Source: the human T2T-CHM13v2.0 reference genome, Homo sapiens. Taken from it: a stretch of 64,000 nt of DNA. Location of the stretch: the NCBI RefSeq assembly GCF_009914755.1, contig NC_060938.1. One strand, given 5' to 3'. Of this stretch, positions 31,474 through 47,386 are shown piece after piece; positions within the stretch are counted from its first letter, which is position 1, and every line of letters begins with the position of its first letter. Position numbers and translations under genes: made by a program. Under the pieces are notes generated by a model. The model saw only the letters and a program-made list of their open reading frames with translations, was not told where the DNA came from and searched no databases.

Positions 31474-32363
31474 TCAAATTTTGTCATTTATGTTTCTGAG
31501 GAATATTTGCCTAAAGTTTCCTTCAAATGCCTCCATATCTGGTTTTGATATTAGGTAAATACCAACCTCATAAAATGAGAAATATTCCCTCTCTTTCGAT
31601 TTTCTGAGAGTGTTTGTGTAGAGTTGATATTATTTTGTCCTTAAATGTTTGATAGAATTCACCAGTAAAGCCATCTGGACCTGGAGTTTTCTTTATGAGC
31701 AGCTTTTCAATTACAAATTCTATTTCTTCGATATAGGGTCATTCAGATTGTCTCTTTCTTCTTGAGTAAGCTTTAGTAGTTTATATCTTCCAAATAGTTT
31801 GTCCATTTCTTTTGAGTTGTCAAATTTATTGGTATAGAGCTGTCCATAATATTCTATAATCCTTTAGTACCTGTAGAATCTTTAGTAGATGGCACCTCTC
31901 TCATTCCTGATAATTGGCAATTTCTATCTTTTCTTCCTGATATCAGAGGTTTATCAATTTTACTGAAATTCTCAGTAAAGATTCCTTGATTTCATTGACT
32001 TTGGTTTCATTGATTTTTCTCTATCCTTCTTCTGTTTTCGATTTCATTTATTTCCACTCTGATCTTTATTATGTCCTTTCTTCTGAATACATTGGGCTTT
32101 ATTTGCACTTCCTATTCTAGTTTCTTGAGGTGGAAATTATTAATTTTGGACCTTTTTATTTACTAATATAGGTATTTAGTGTCAGCAATTTCTCCGTAAG
32201 GTCTGCTTTAGCAGCATCCTACAAATTTTGATATTCAGTTCACAATATTTTCTAATTTAACTTTTGCTTTCTTCTTTAGAAGTGTATTATTTAGTTTCCA
32301 AATATTTGGGAGTTTTCCAAAGGTCTTTCTTTTACTGATTTCCAAGTTAATTCCATCATGATC

Positions 32364-32963
32364 TGTGCAGTAAAGGGCTGACTTAGAGCCTTGGGATGTT
32401 CAAACCCTGTACATTCCAAAGGAAGGACTGGCCCTTACCAGTTCCTGGGAGAAAAACTCTTAAGCCCTCAGAATATCCTACCTGACAAGTGTCTTTGTTT
32501 ATTTGGAGCCTTGAGCCATACCAGATAGTTTATGCTAACAATGTTATTAATGGCAGAGGACTAGGGCCATGCTATATCAGTCTGATCTCTGCAGGGGCTG
32601 GAGACTGACTAAGGTCAGTAACATGGGTGCTCCATGCCTATGTGACTGACCCCTAACAAAATCCCTAGGCACCAAGGTAGCTCAGGTAATCTTCCTTGAT
32701 TGGCAATATTTCAAAAGTACTGTCACACTCCGTTGCAGGGAGAATTAAGCACTGTCTATAGGACTCGACTGGGAGAAGAAAACCAGAAGCTTGAGCCTGG
32801 TCTCTCCTGAATTCTGCCCTATGTGCCTTTTTGCTTTTACTGATTGTAATCTGTATCCATTTGCTGTAATAAACTGTAACCATGAGTATAACAGCTTTTC
32901 TAAGCTATGGGAGTCTTTCCAGTATATCAATGCCTGATGGTAGTCTTCAGGACCTCTGACACA
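32364..32963 (+). mobile_element. Solo ERVL LTR, MER77/MER68/MER21 group
   Basis: TGTGCAG...ccagatagtttatgctaacaatg...aataaactgtaaccatgagtataac...ctgACACA; L1 resumes on both sides. Confidence 0.75.
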
Positions 32964-33413
32964 GTCCAGAGAACACACCCGAAGTCTCCTAATTTTGTTA
33001 AAACTTGTTTCTGACCCTGTATATGGTCAATCTTGGTAAATGTTACATTTGAAAAGAATGTGACTCTGTTGTTGTTGGGTGGAATGTCATATAAATGTCG
33101 ATTAGGTCAAGTTGGTATATTGTGTTGTCCCAAGGCATCTATATCCTTACCAATCATCTGTCCACTTGTTTTATCATTTATTGAAACATGGATATTGCAA
33201 TCCCCAAGCATAACTGTGCATTTGCCTATTTCTCCTTGAAGTGCTATCAGTTTTTGTTTCATGTATTTTAGAACTCTGTTATTAAGATCATAAACCTTTG
33301 GAATTGTTATATTCTTTTGATGGATTGACATCATTGCTCTAAAACCTGCTTCATCTGATATTAATATAGATACTACAGCCTTGAATTGATTAGTGTTAGC
33401 ATTTAAATTTTTT

Positions 33414-33475
33414 CATCCCTTTACTTTTAATCTTTACTTTTAATCATCCCTTTACTTTTAATCTATACTTTTAAT
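33414..33475. repeat. 31-bp tandem duplication containing a 13-bp sub-duplication
   Basis: catccctttacttttaatctwtacttttaat x2. Confidence 0.85.
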
Positions 33476-33786
33476 CTATTGTGTCTTGGTATTTAAAGTG
33501 TATTTCTTGTAGACAACAGAGTTGAGTTTTGCTTATTTTTTCCAATCTGACAATCTCTAACTTTTAAATAGGGTATTTAAATCATTTATATTTAATGTAA
33601 TTTTTTAAACAGATAGGTTTAAATCTACCACTTTGCTGTTTGTTTTTTATTTGTCCCATCTGTTCTATTTTTCCTTTTTCTCCTTTTTTTCTGTCATCTA
33701 TTTGAGTATTTTTACATTTTATTTTACTTATTGGCTTAGTCACTAAAATTTTTATTTTCCATATCAGTGATTGCTTCAAGGTTTAA

Positions 33787-34104
<318 letters not shown>

Positions 34105-34868
34105 TAAATGATATTATACTACTTCACATATATATAGTATAAGACCTTTACAATTACATACTTCCATTTCTCCCCTCCCAGCCTTTATTATCTTATGTAC
34201 ATTTTACTTTTACACAGGTTAAAAACCTTACCCTATGTGGTTATTATTTTTGTTTAGTCATTTTTTTAACATTTAGATCATAAGGAAAAATTCTTGTATA
34301 TTCACCAAATTATAATTTCCAGCTCTCTTTGTTCTCTTGTGTAAATTCATATTTCCTCCTGGTATCAACATTTCTTGTAGGGTAGTTCTGCTCCTGCTGA
34401 TTTCTTTCAGCTACTATCTGCCTTGAAAATACTTAATTTAGCTCTAATTTTAGAGAGAAATTTCATGGAGTATGGAATTCAGGTTAACAGTTTGCTTTTT
34501 TCCCCCTCCATTACTCTCAAAGGTGCTGCTTCACCGTATTCTCACTTGCATGGTTTCTGACAATAATTCTGCTATCACCCTTACGTTTGTTCATTTGTAT
34601 ATAATATGTCTTTTTTCCTGGCTGCTTTTAAGATTTTATCTTTATCACTGGTTGTGAGTAATTTAGATTATGAAGTGCTTGGGCTTTGTTGAGCTTCCTG
34701 GAACTGATGGTTTATAGTTTCCATAAAATTTGAAAAACATCCAGCCATTTTATCTTCAAAAATGTTTATGTCACCCTCCTCCTTCCTTAGGGGACTTTAC
34801 GCACATATTAGGCCATGTGAAGTTGTCCTACAGATCACTTATGGTCTTTCCACTTAAAATATAATAAT

Positions 34869-35174
<306 letters not shown>

Positions 35175-36865
35175 AATAATAATAATTTTTCTTTCTTTCA
35201 TTTTGGATAATTTCTATTGCTATGTCTTCAAGTTCACTAATCTTTTCTTTTGCAATGTCTAATCTGCCATTAATCACATCCAGTGTACTTTTCATATCAG
35301 ACATGGTAGTTTTCATCTCTAGAAATTTGATGTAGGTCTATTTTTACCATCCACGTCTTTACTAAACTTTCTGAAATAAGGAATACGGTTCTAATAACTT
35401 TCAATGGCCCTCCAGCCTAGGTTCTCAATATTCATTTTCTTTCCAGTTAGCACCAATGTTGTTTATGCAATTGAAAATAATCAATAAGTAGCCTCTCTCT
35501 AGTGTGAACTGTTATAACCTCTTGACATTTTCATTGGAAGAGAATATAAATAAAATGAACAAATTCACCATTTGCCAGAATAGTTCCAAAGCTACTCAAA
35601 AGCAAATCGCAGATTTGGAAGCATTACCTTCCCAAATATGCTTTAAGTGCTCACTTGCGCAAAATTAAAACCACCAAAAACAACACAAAGAGATAGATCA
35701 TTTCATAGTCTGCCTTCTGCTTATATGAAAAGCAAGAATACTGTGCAAGTTGATATCAGGGATTTAATATTTAAAAAACTAATTCCCCAGAGTATGTCAA
35801 AGGGTCAGGAAAAATTGAGTGTACTTTTAGGCATTTTGTACTGCTTCAGGCTGGACTCTGACCACTAATGCTCATGAAAATGACCAAGGCTCTCAGAGAC
35901 CTGCCAAGCCAGTGAATCAAAGAAAGGCCAAATCCAGTTCAACATAATTTTACTATCATCTATATTTTATCATGTTCTTAAAATACTTGAAAACCAATCA
36001 TCTAGGGCAGCAATCCACAGTCATGTATGGTCAGTAAGAAGATTCAAACCAGCTACACAACTTAATCCTCCACAGTGAGGAGAAACTAGTGTTTCCTGTG
36101 GGTTCATGTTCTAATTAGGCAGGTATGTGGACACTCAAAGTCTCAGCTGGCAAATTGATTCCTAGCAATAAGTCCATTCTTGAGCAGAAGGCCCTTTAAG
36201 GTATTAAATTAATTAAGTATTGTTCCTTTCCCTCTCCCACATGCTATGGCATTTATTCCATGTACACATTTATTCCATGGACACATCTCAGAGCAATGGC
36301 AGAGTCTTGATTTATCACAGTGAGTTTGTGCCTATGCAGCTCAGTTCCAGAAAATTTAGCTCTCTGTCAGAAGCTATTTACAGGCCCTCTGGACTGGTCT
36401 ATAAATTTTCGAGTGTCCAGGATCATATCAACACTGTCTGAGAAGCAGAGTCCTGAGGTCATGGACAAAATTGGTCCCCATTAAAATGTCAGATGATGTA
36501 CTGTCAATTTGGGAAGCTATCATCAATAATGTTTTTACTTATTTTCTTTTTTCCAGAGACATGCCTGACAAAAATAAGTGAAAAGCAGACTTGAAAAACA
36601 GTGGTATGACAGCAATGCCTAGTAAACATCTCAATAAGATCTACATCTCCAAAGTTAAAGTGATGTACAAAAAGGGTGGAAATTCAGTGCTTTCTCACCA
36701 ACCATGACCAGCTGTAAAGCATGAGTGCTAAAAGTGGCTGACTGAGTTGTGTGATTTAAAGAACAATGAATTGCCACGCAACCCAAAATTTATCTCCCTG
36801 CCACACAAGAGCGCTCCCACAGATAAACTCACTTCTGAAATGCCCTTTCTAAGAAGAGTAACACC

Positions 36866-37203
<338 letters not shown>

Positions 37204-37692
37204 TAACACATTTTAAATAAATTAATGATGATAAAATTATAATTACACTTGCTTTCAAACCCCTTCCATGTGCCTGTTTGGTCCTGTTCAATAGGTACTA
37301 TTCTCCTCTCTATCTCGTGGGAAAAGAATAAGAGTCTCAGAAAAGTTAAGTGACTTGCCCAAGGTCCATGCAGGAGTCAGAAGTGGAAGCCCCTTATAAG
37401 GGAGCCCATTAGCTGGGGCCAATGCATCTGCTCTGGGTAATGTCCTAGAGGGGCAACAAGGACTGCTGAGTGCACAGGGTGGAGTGTGGAAAGCAAAGGT
37501 GCTAGACAGAAGCCAGCAGACCAATGGGACATCACACGGGGAGGGGTGCTGGGCAGCTAGCTGAGTAGCAGGCTGAGGACCCTCTATACTTTTAAAAGCT
37601 CAAACATGCCCAGCCTCTGAACTGTTCTATGTAGATGTAACTAACAGAATATAGTATAACAAACCGGACTCTCCACTCCTTGCTTCCTTTCA

Positions 37693-37845
<153 letters not shown>

Positions 37846-39474
37846 GAAAGATTCAGGCTCAATACCTCTGACAGGGAGCTATTTTCTCTCCCCAAGGCCT
37901 GTAGATTCTCTGGAAGTTTGGCTGAGGACGTGGAGAAAGCTACACATCTCATTGCCTGAAAATTCAGTGATCACTGAGGGGTTAGCACCCCAAATTCTTT
38001 CAGGTCTGTCTAGATTTGAGATCCCTCAGCTAGGAGCCTTATCTGGGTATGTAAGACTTCAGTTTCAATAATAATAAAGGTTGATTTATCAAAGCCCTAC
38101 TCAGCACCCAGCACTATGCCTGGGATATGACAGGCACTATTTCTAATTCCCACAGCCACCCTGAGAGGAAGGTGTTAACACCACCTTATAGATAAGACTG
38201 AATTAAGGGCTCCACAGCTAGTAAATGATAAAGCCAGGTTCCGACCCCTGGTCTATCTGACTACAAAGTGTTGCTCACAATCTCCTGTCTCACTGAGCTG
38301 TTGACAGCAGCCTATTCAGTGTTCAATAACAGCAATGACAACAAAAATGAATTTCAAATTGAAAAGGCAAGAAATCAAAGTCTAGAACTTTAGGGTGCTG
38401 ATTTTCTTTCCTACCAAGAACTGCATCACCCTAGGCAATTCCCCAGATCGCTGGGCCTCCTATTCTTTGTCTGTGTCATGAAGAGTTGAACTACTGAGAT
38501 ACTGCCTTGAGCTGTACAAGTCTAAGAGACTAACAGCTAAAACAAATATTTTGATTTTTTTGAACTGCATTGAAATGGACAGGAAATTAATTTCTTATAA
38601 AGCTATGTAATGCAAGAAAAGACTATAAAATATAATGACATGAACTATGTACTATAACTCTAAGCACTGCTTCCTCATTTATCTCAACCACATCTCTGGA
38701 AGCCAGGCCTGGGACAGGTACACCCTGATGCTTTGCCATAACATGACCCACAGGGGTGTTTATAACTGAAAGTACCAGAAAGCCTTTATTATAATGGTAA
38801 GTTTCTGACAACCCAGCCCCATGGTATAGCCTTCAAAGGTGATAAGACAACGTCCAAGGGTCTCAATTTCCAAGGCTGAAAAGAGACTCAAGAAAAGAGA
38901 TTCAAGAGACACAAAGCAAAGCCTTGGCAAGGGCAGCCCCGATGGCTGGTCTTGTGTTCTTGCCTCTATAAAGGCTGGGCTCCCACAGGTGTCAGATAGA
39001 CTTAGCTCAATAGGAGGACAAGGCCCTGTGCAGGGGTGTAGAGGGGAGGAGAAGATGCCAATGGAAACCACCAAGTGCTGGGGGGAAGCAGAGGGACAGG
39101 GACGCCGGCCTGGATCCCCTGTGAGGTCCCTGTCAATCCAGAGCATCTATGATTTAGGAAAGTCTCTTGGCTGGGAGCCACAGTTGGTCCCTTCTGAGTG
39201 CTTTCCTGAATTGCTGTTTTCCTGCCAGAGACAGCATATCCTTCTTAGGAGGTGTGCTCACAGGTACACACACAAACACACACACATCCCTCATAAAAGA
39301 AGAGGATGCCAGCCTTGGATTAGACATTCCCCTGCTAGAGCAGATGGTCTTTCAATGTCCCTTCCAGCTCCACAATTCTGTGAGCAAATGAGATGCTAGC
39401 TCAACCTGAAATGCTCACTAACTGAGAGTTTGCAACTTGAATTTATGCTCTTTCAGTCTCTATTTAGTAACCCT

Positions 39475-39950
39475 ATAATAGTAATAAAGATAACATGTAT
39501 TGGGTGCTAGTTACATGTCAGATACTGTTCTCAGAGTTTGTGATAATTCATCTATAAATGCTATGAGGGAACCCTGTGTGAAAACCCTACGAGGGGGGAT
39601 TTACTAAAATCTCCACATTGGAGATAAGGAAACTAGGGCTCTAGTCTGTCAAGTAACTCACCCAAGAGTGTACAACTGGTAAGTAAGTGGCAGAGCTAGG
39701 ATTCCAACCCAGACAGCCTAACTCCTGAGTTCTCGTTCTCAGCCTCTACCTCACACTCTCGTCTCTATGATGTATCTGTCTTTATACGTAAAGCAGTACA
39801 GCAGAGTAGCTAAGACTGTGGGATCTGAAGCCAGACTCCTTGCTTTCTAATCCACAGCTGATTTTATATGCAAAAATGCTAAGTGTTTAGAACAGTGCCT
39901 GGCATATAGCAGACACACAGAAAACAGTAACTCTGATTATTATTATTTAT
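39475..39950. mobile_element. Two MIRs in opposite orientation
   Basis: ggagataaggaaact...cccaagagt...ggattccaacccag (-); gtgtttagaacagtgcctggcatatag (+). Confidence 0.7.
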
Positions 39951-40039
39951 TACCTCACTATTAGATTTAGGCAACAGTAGGCTGGAAAGTCTCCAAGTAG
40001 AAGAATTGTATTTGTTTATTATATTACTTTTGTATATAT

Positions 40040-40740
40040 TAAATAACAGCTTGATTGAGATATTATTCACATACCATAAAATTCACCCATTAAAAGTGTA
40101 CAGTTCGGTGGTTTTAGTATGTTCACATAGTCGCCACTAGCTAATTCCAGAACATTTTCATCACCCCTTGAAAAGCCCCATCTCTATCAGCAGTTCCTCC
40201 CTATTCTACCCTTCTCCCAGCCCCCGGGAACCGCCAATCTGCTTTCTGTCTGTCTGTATTTGCCTCTTCTGGATGGTTCACAGAAATGAAATCGTAAGGT
40301 ATGTGATCTTTCATATGTGGCTTCTTTGACTTAGCATAATGTTTTCAAGATTCATAGCTGTTATAACAAATATCAGAACTTCATCCTTTTTTTTCAATTG
40401 AGGTGAAATTCACATAACATAAAATTAATCATTTTAAACTGATCACTTCAGTAGCATTTAGCACATTCACAGTTATTACACAACCATGCCCTCTGTCTAA
40501 CTCAAAACCTTCCTTCCTTTCTATTGCCGAATAATATTCCATTATACGGATACACCACTTTCTATTTACGCATTCATCAGCTGATGAACAATGGGGCTGT
40601 CTCCACTTTGGGGATGTATGAAGAATGCTGCTATGAGCATTGAGGTATTGGCTCTTGTGTGGGCACACATTTCCACTTCTCTTAGATATACACCTAGGGA
40701 TGGAATTAGACATATACCTAGGGTGGACCACGTGGTAACC
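40040..40740 (-). mobile_element. L1MB-type 3' end
   Basis: attgagatattattcacataccataaaattcaccc...ccagaacattttcatcacccc...aatgctgctatgagcatt. Confidence 0.85.
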
Positions 40741-40835
40741 TGTCTTGTTATATTATTTTTCATCTTTCTTCTAAAAATCACCTCTACTATGTAACTGCTG
40801 AACTGCTGGGTCAAATATTAAGAGTGACAATGCAG

Positions 40836-41170
<335 letters not shown>

Positions 41171-41793
41171 AAAATGTCTGGGCTTCTGACAGACCTGGAT
41201 GCAAACCCTTGCTTCTCCATTTACCAGCTCTGTGATTTGCAGCAAGCTGCTTAACATCACACAGACTCTGTTCCTCATCAAGCGAATGAGCAAAATAGCA
41301 CTTGTTTCAACTGACTGTTAGAAGGCTCGGCCCAGTGCCTGGCATGCAGTAAATACTCAATAAGTACTCTTCTCATTATATGTCTTTCCTGGGACAATGA
41401 TAATCCTCCTCAATTTGTTTTGAGGGGTAGCTGAAAAATGCAGAAAAGCATCAAGAAGACAATAACAACCACCCATATTCCCACCGTTCAAAATCAAACA
41501 CAGTTCACATTTTGGCACAGAGCCACAACCTTACTAACACATGATGCCTTGTAATTTTGGTCTTGGTTCTAGTTTCCTTCCTAAGAAGAGGGGACTCATC
41601 ACTGGTGTGATGAGTAAGTGTAGCCTCTGAGGTCCCCAACTATAGCAAGGAGTGAGAGCAGCCAGTGAACAGGAGTCCTGTGCTTGCTCCATTCCACAAA
41701 TTCTCACTAGGCACCAACTGCGGGCAGCACTCTGGGCTAGGGGTGGGCTTCACAGAACAGGACTCTGCCCTTAAGAAATCTCTTTGTCCTTGA

Positions 41794-42165
<372 letters not shown>

Positions 42166-42766
42166 GAGAAATGTTTTCAAAACAATGTTAAAAATGCAGT
42201 GACTGAGACAGACATGGTGTCACAGAAGAATTAAGAACAAGCACCTCAGCCAACCTGAACTAAAGCTCCAGCCCTCTGAGCTTCCTCTGGACTCTCTAAG
42301 TCCCTGCTTGCTTCCAAAAAGAGAACCAATGAGGAGCCGACTAACACAAGCAACATTAAATATGAATATGGGTCAGTGGCAATAAAAGGGTTCTTACTCT
42401 TCTTACACTCTCTAAATATAAACAGGAAGCTTTGACCAGCAACCTGAGATGAGCGGCCACATGCAATACACCCATCTAGCCGCCCACCATGAGCAGAATC
42501 CAGAATGGGAAGAGGCAGAAGAGATCATGGAGTCAGAGACAAACAGTTAGCAGAAGGCTTAACGTGGTGGATCTCCACCAGGCATGGCCCCACAGCGCCC
42601 CCTCACAACCCCTACTACCACATCTCTGGGTTTCCTACATAGGCAAAAGAAAGCACCCCGGAAAGCTCCCCTGAACCACCCCGTTCCCTCCACTCATGGA
42701 CTTTTCTATAAAACTACTTGTTTCACTGCACCCGAAGTGATCTCAATGTTTCCAAAAATGAAAAGC

Positions 42767-42938
42767 AGTCCTGGCGCGGTGGCTCACATCTGTATTCCCA
42801 GCACTTTGGGAGGACAAGGTAGGAGTATCATTTGAGCCCAGGAGTTTGGGGCTGCAGGGAGCTATGATCGCACTACTGCACTCCAGCCTGGGTGACAGGG
42901 CAGGACCCTGTCTCTAAAAAAAGAAAGAAAGAAAAGAA
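42767..42938 (+). mobile_element. Alu monomer (FAM/FRAM-like)
   Basis: Single arm; TSD gaaaagcag. Confidence 0.85.
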
Positions 42939-43689
42939 AAGCAGATTCTCAAGGAAAAAAGATCGAGCTCTATCTTCTCTCCTGTCCTCTCTTTGCAAAT
43001 GAGGAGATTCAAGCTCAGAGATGATTTGCCCAAGGTCACATGGGCAAATCCTGATCCAATGAGCTTACTACCACAGCAGGTCCACAGCAGTTGCCACACA
43101 GCTCCCAACAGACTGGAGACTTTTTCTGCCGGGGAAAAGGCAATGTCAGTGGTCACTTGTCTGTCCTACGGCTCTAGGATGACACCTAGAAGATCATGGT
43201 CATTAGCAAATATCCAATTCATAAAGACTGGGATTAGATCTCACTTGAAGACATGAATCTCTCAAGGAACACTCCAGGAAAATCCTCTTTGGGCTTTTAT
43301 AGTCCTTATGACCAGGAATTTTCGGTCCACGAAAAATATGACGTACTTCAATTCCTGCTAAAGCAGGAAACGCACCTTTACATCCTTTCTCTTTGTAAAT
43401 ACCCACGCATTGAATGTTTAACGTATTAAATGCTGTCAGCTTCTACGAGAGTCTCTATAAATATGGTCTCAGAAAACAATAAAGGGGCACATCGGTGAAG
43501 GCTCAGCTGCTGCCTGCGAACAGCCAGGGCCTGTGAGTGTGAACGCCTCCCAGAGAGCTCGGCTTGGTGAGTCCCTAAGAAGGCTCACTAATGCGAGGTT
43601 AATCAAGAGAGTTGGCAAGTTTGCCTTTCTTCTCCATCCCTGAACTCGAGTTGAATCGCGGAATCAACCCAAGTACAGGGGCTTCAAAT

Positions 43690-44240
43690 GGTCAGCCGGC
43701 CTTGGGGCACCACTGTCCCGGTGGCCGCGGCAGGAACCAGTCCTGCAGTCCTGCGGCGGCACCTGCGCGAGATGCAGGGCACTGGCTCCAGGACGGCGGG
43801 GCGGGGCGGGGCGGGGCGCGGCGGGGCGAGAGCGCAAGGAGGGGCGGGGCGAGACGGGGCAAGAGAGTGGGGCGGGGCGGGGTCGGGGACAGCAGTGAGC
43901 GGGGCGGGGCGAAACGCGAGGGGAGGGGAGATGGGCGGGGCGGGGCAGGGGGGGCACGGTCCCAAGGCCGACCCGGCCGAGGACGCCCGGAGCAGCTCCG
44001 CGCATGCGCAACTGTGGCGCGCGACTGCGCTAGAACGCGGCTCCCGCGACCCCTGGCGGCGGCTGCCGAGGGGCTGCGGGACGACCTTGGGCGGCAGCTA
44101 GCAGCGAGTCCTAGCTGATGTGGCCCTGAGTCAGCTTTTAGAGGTCCCAAGACTCGTTCACAGGCCGCTAAACGCAAACTAAGGCACCTCCCAGCACACC
44201 AGGATCGACGTGTCCTCCTTCAGTCCGGACTCGGCGGAAT
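43690..44240. promoter_or_regulatory. CpG-island promoter: GC-box array, NRF1 site, AP-1 site
   Basis: Only dense non-repeat CpG cluster in the window; nine GGGCGG hexamers in 43799-43943; GCGCATGCGC at 44000-44009; TGAGTCA at 44127-44133; no obvious TATA box. Confidence 0.88.
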
Positions 44241-46455
44241 CTGCACCTGGGAGCCCCTCCCCAAATGACCTGCTAGCCGCAGTCCAGGAAGCAGGCACCC
44301 CTCACTCCCCTTCTCAAATGGGGGCTCTATTCCTGTCTCTAGCTCTGGAGTTGTTGTGAGGATAAAGGGAGGTAAGGGACAAGTGCTTAGAACAGTGTCT
44401 AGAAGGAATTATTTTAATGCTGTAGTCATTATTAATAATGTATTATATTTTTACAATTCCAGAACCTGGCACACAGTAGGCACTCAACAAACCGTTCCTC
44501 TGTCTGTCTTGAGAGACTGCGGTGGGCCCTGCAGGGCAGCTGCCTGCCTCTGCCTGGTTCGAGGAAGGCCCAGCCAGGCCGGCCCCAGCTTCCTTCCTGC
44601 TCTTCTGTCCCACTCCGACCCACTCCGGAGAGCCACGCTCTGAGCCGCACATGACTCTCTCCTTCTCCACAGAACAATCTGTGTTCTGCTCCCGCCCCCG
44701 AGAGAGTTCTGAGCTTTCCAAATATGGATGCTTTTTGCATTCCCAAAGCATCACGAACATTTGGGAGAAGAAAATGAACACCAGACATGGTTTGGAAACG
44801 ATGGAAGCCAAGGGATGGGTGGTGACGGAACAAGCACCGTACTAGGAGTTTTAAAATATAAAACACGAGTCTGGCCTAGGTGATGTCTTACAACCTTACT
44901 AGCTTTGTAGCAGTCTAGGCCCCAAAGAGATCCTAGAAGTAAGCACCCAAACCCTAAGAATAAAAACTACAGCGGCCACCACCACACATTGCAGAGGCGA
45001 AAACTGCATTAAGGAGGCCCAGAGAGTCACCTGCTGTCAGAGGAAATGAGCAGTGGGAGGCAGTCCCTTGAGAGCCAAACAGCTTGAAAGTTGACAAATT
45101 GAGATGAACCAGCTCGTCGGTGAGTGTAGGCAGAAGAGGCATTAGACACAAGAGTATTTGTTTTTATATCAGGCCCAAACCAAAACCTATTCTGAAATGG
45201 AGTGGATCTCAGAATATACTGAGAAGTTTGCCCTTTTGCTTAGGCACCTTGTGTGTTATTCAGCTAGAGTTTATCTTCAATAGTGTGCCCCTGGATGCCA
45301 GGGCAAAATGTTAAAGAATGGCCCCGTCACAGGCACCCCTGTGCAGCAGGCACTGTTGTCCCTGGCGCACATGCAGGGAGATAAAGCAGGCAGCTTAGAT
45401 ATGACACAGCCTCAACACCCAACCCAGAATAAGCACTCACATATTTGCTGATTTAATGAATTAATTAATTATACAGTCTAGTTTGAGAGAGGCAAATGGC
45501 AGATGTGAAATAATTAAAATCTGAATGCCAAATTAGATGGTACTAGCTATAAATAGAGGTGGAATCAGAGGATGGAGAGATTGGTGTGGACAAACGGGGC
45601 TGGAGAGGTCTGTATGCAACAACGGGTGTCACCAAGGGCGGACTCAGCACAGGGAAGAGATGACTCCCAGATGGATGGAGAAGATAAACAGAGGTGGGGG
45701 GTTGGCCTGGCAGGGGTGAGGGCAGGTGGGCAAGGAGGCAGGCAGCCTGGAGCAGAGGATGGGTGGGACACAGCAGGACATGCAGCCAGCCTGCCAAGAC
45801 TAGGACATATCCTCCACAGTCTGCAGAGGTGCATGCCATACCTAGACCTGCCAGGGTTAGCAGGAGGACTTGAACTCGAGATTCAAGCAATAAGGGAGAG
45901 GATGACTCTTTTTTCGAGATAATTAGCTCCTGATTATCTCAACATGATACATTTAAACCTCACACTGGCTTGTCCTGACACTCAGGCCACTATTTACACT
46001 CTTCACCACATTTTAACATCACCTTAACTGAGAATGTAAATCCGGCACAAATGTCCAAATGCTCATGTATTTCAGGCATTGTAAACCCCAGGGGAAAGCT
46101 CTGTGTCATCGGCATCCCTCCACCCCTTCACTAGCCCAGAGCCCTGGGGGGCATTGTGCTTATAGGTGGAGCTGTCTTGTTACTTGCTGGGGCCTTGCAG
46201 GGCCCAGCCTCTAGCCATGCCCTCCAAATGAGCTTCAGCCACTCCTGGGTTTTAACCAAGTCCTGCACCTATACGCAGACCTATTCCTGAATCCTGACCA
46301 ACAAGCCAATAGCCTGGAAACCTATATGCTGAGCACTAGCCAAGAATTCCAATGTTTCCCCAGGATAGCACCCTCTTGTGGACAAAGAGATTCCACCATG
46401 TTCAACCAATCCAGTATCTTCCCTCTACCCTCCAAGGAAAATGGGCTCCTTCTCC

Positions 46456-47149
46456 TGAAATCGCCTTTGCAAAAATTGTAACAGTGAGAAAATTATGACA
46501 GTGAAAGAAATCTGATCTAACCAACCCCTATCTTGCCATTAACCCCCAAACTATGGTATTCCTGGGCTTAGGTCAAGCTAACTTTAGGAGATATTTAGTT
46601 TATAGTTTAAATGATAATAACACTTCCCCAAAACTCAACTGCCAATGAAGGACCACCAGGTTAGGAGGATGAGAGAAGCCTGAATTCTGCTAAGGCATAA
46701 GTGATTACCAGCCATTGTTCCAAAGGTCACAAGATTTGCAACTTCCCGAATTACTCCTGCAGATAACATCACTACTGTAGAACCTAAGATTGGCCTTTTG
46801 AGGTATCTCTTCAGGTTTTCACATTTCTGACAACCATCACCCCCACCAGATCCACCACAGGGCCATGCCTTGTGGCCCCACCCAGAAGCAGACTCAGCAC
46901 ATGAAGACCATTTTCCACACCCCTATGATTGCATCCCCAACAAATCAGCAGCACCCATTCCCTTGCCTGCCACACTATCCTTGAAAAACTCTAGCCTCCG
47001 AATTTTCAGAGATTGATTTGATTAATAACTCCATCACCCATGTGGCACAGCTAGCCTCATGTCAGTTAAACTCTTTATTGCAATGCCCTGGTCTCAGTGA
47101 GTTGGTTTTGTCTGTGCAGTGGGCAGGAAGAATGCAATGGGCGATTACA
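46456..47149 (+). mobile_element. LTR8/LTR8A solo LTR (ERV1)
   Basis: TGAAATCGCCTTTGCAAAAATT...gagaaaattatgacagtgaaag...GGGCGATTACA; 4-bp TSD ctcc; inserted in L2. Confidence 0.85.
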
Positions 47150-47386
47150 CTCCTGCAGTCTTCACTTGGTTTGACAACATCATTACCTGCCCAGTGAGCT
47201 AAGCTAAAAATTTCACTGTCATCTGGATTCCTCCCTCAACCACCTTCCCATACCAACTCCCAACACACACAGCCTATCTCTCTGGCCTACTGCTTCTCTT
47301 TCAAATGACTCTGGATTCTCACTTGCCTGCCCCTGCCTTGGTTCAGCCCTTTGTACTTGGAATCTAGGCTTTTGCAATACCTCTGA

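Noticed and set aside
38839-39399. 186-aa ORF, the longest in the window
   Set aside because: GTG start, no recognisable family or exon structure; compatible with chance in 64 kb.
43612-44177. Overlapping 93-168 aa Gly/Arg/Pro-rich ORFs on both strands
   Set aside because: Expected from stop-codon scarcity in a GC-rich island; low complexity and no recognisable domain.
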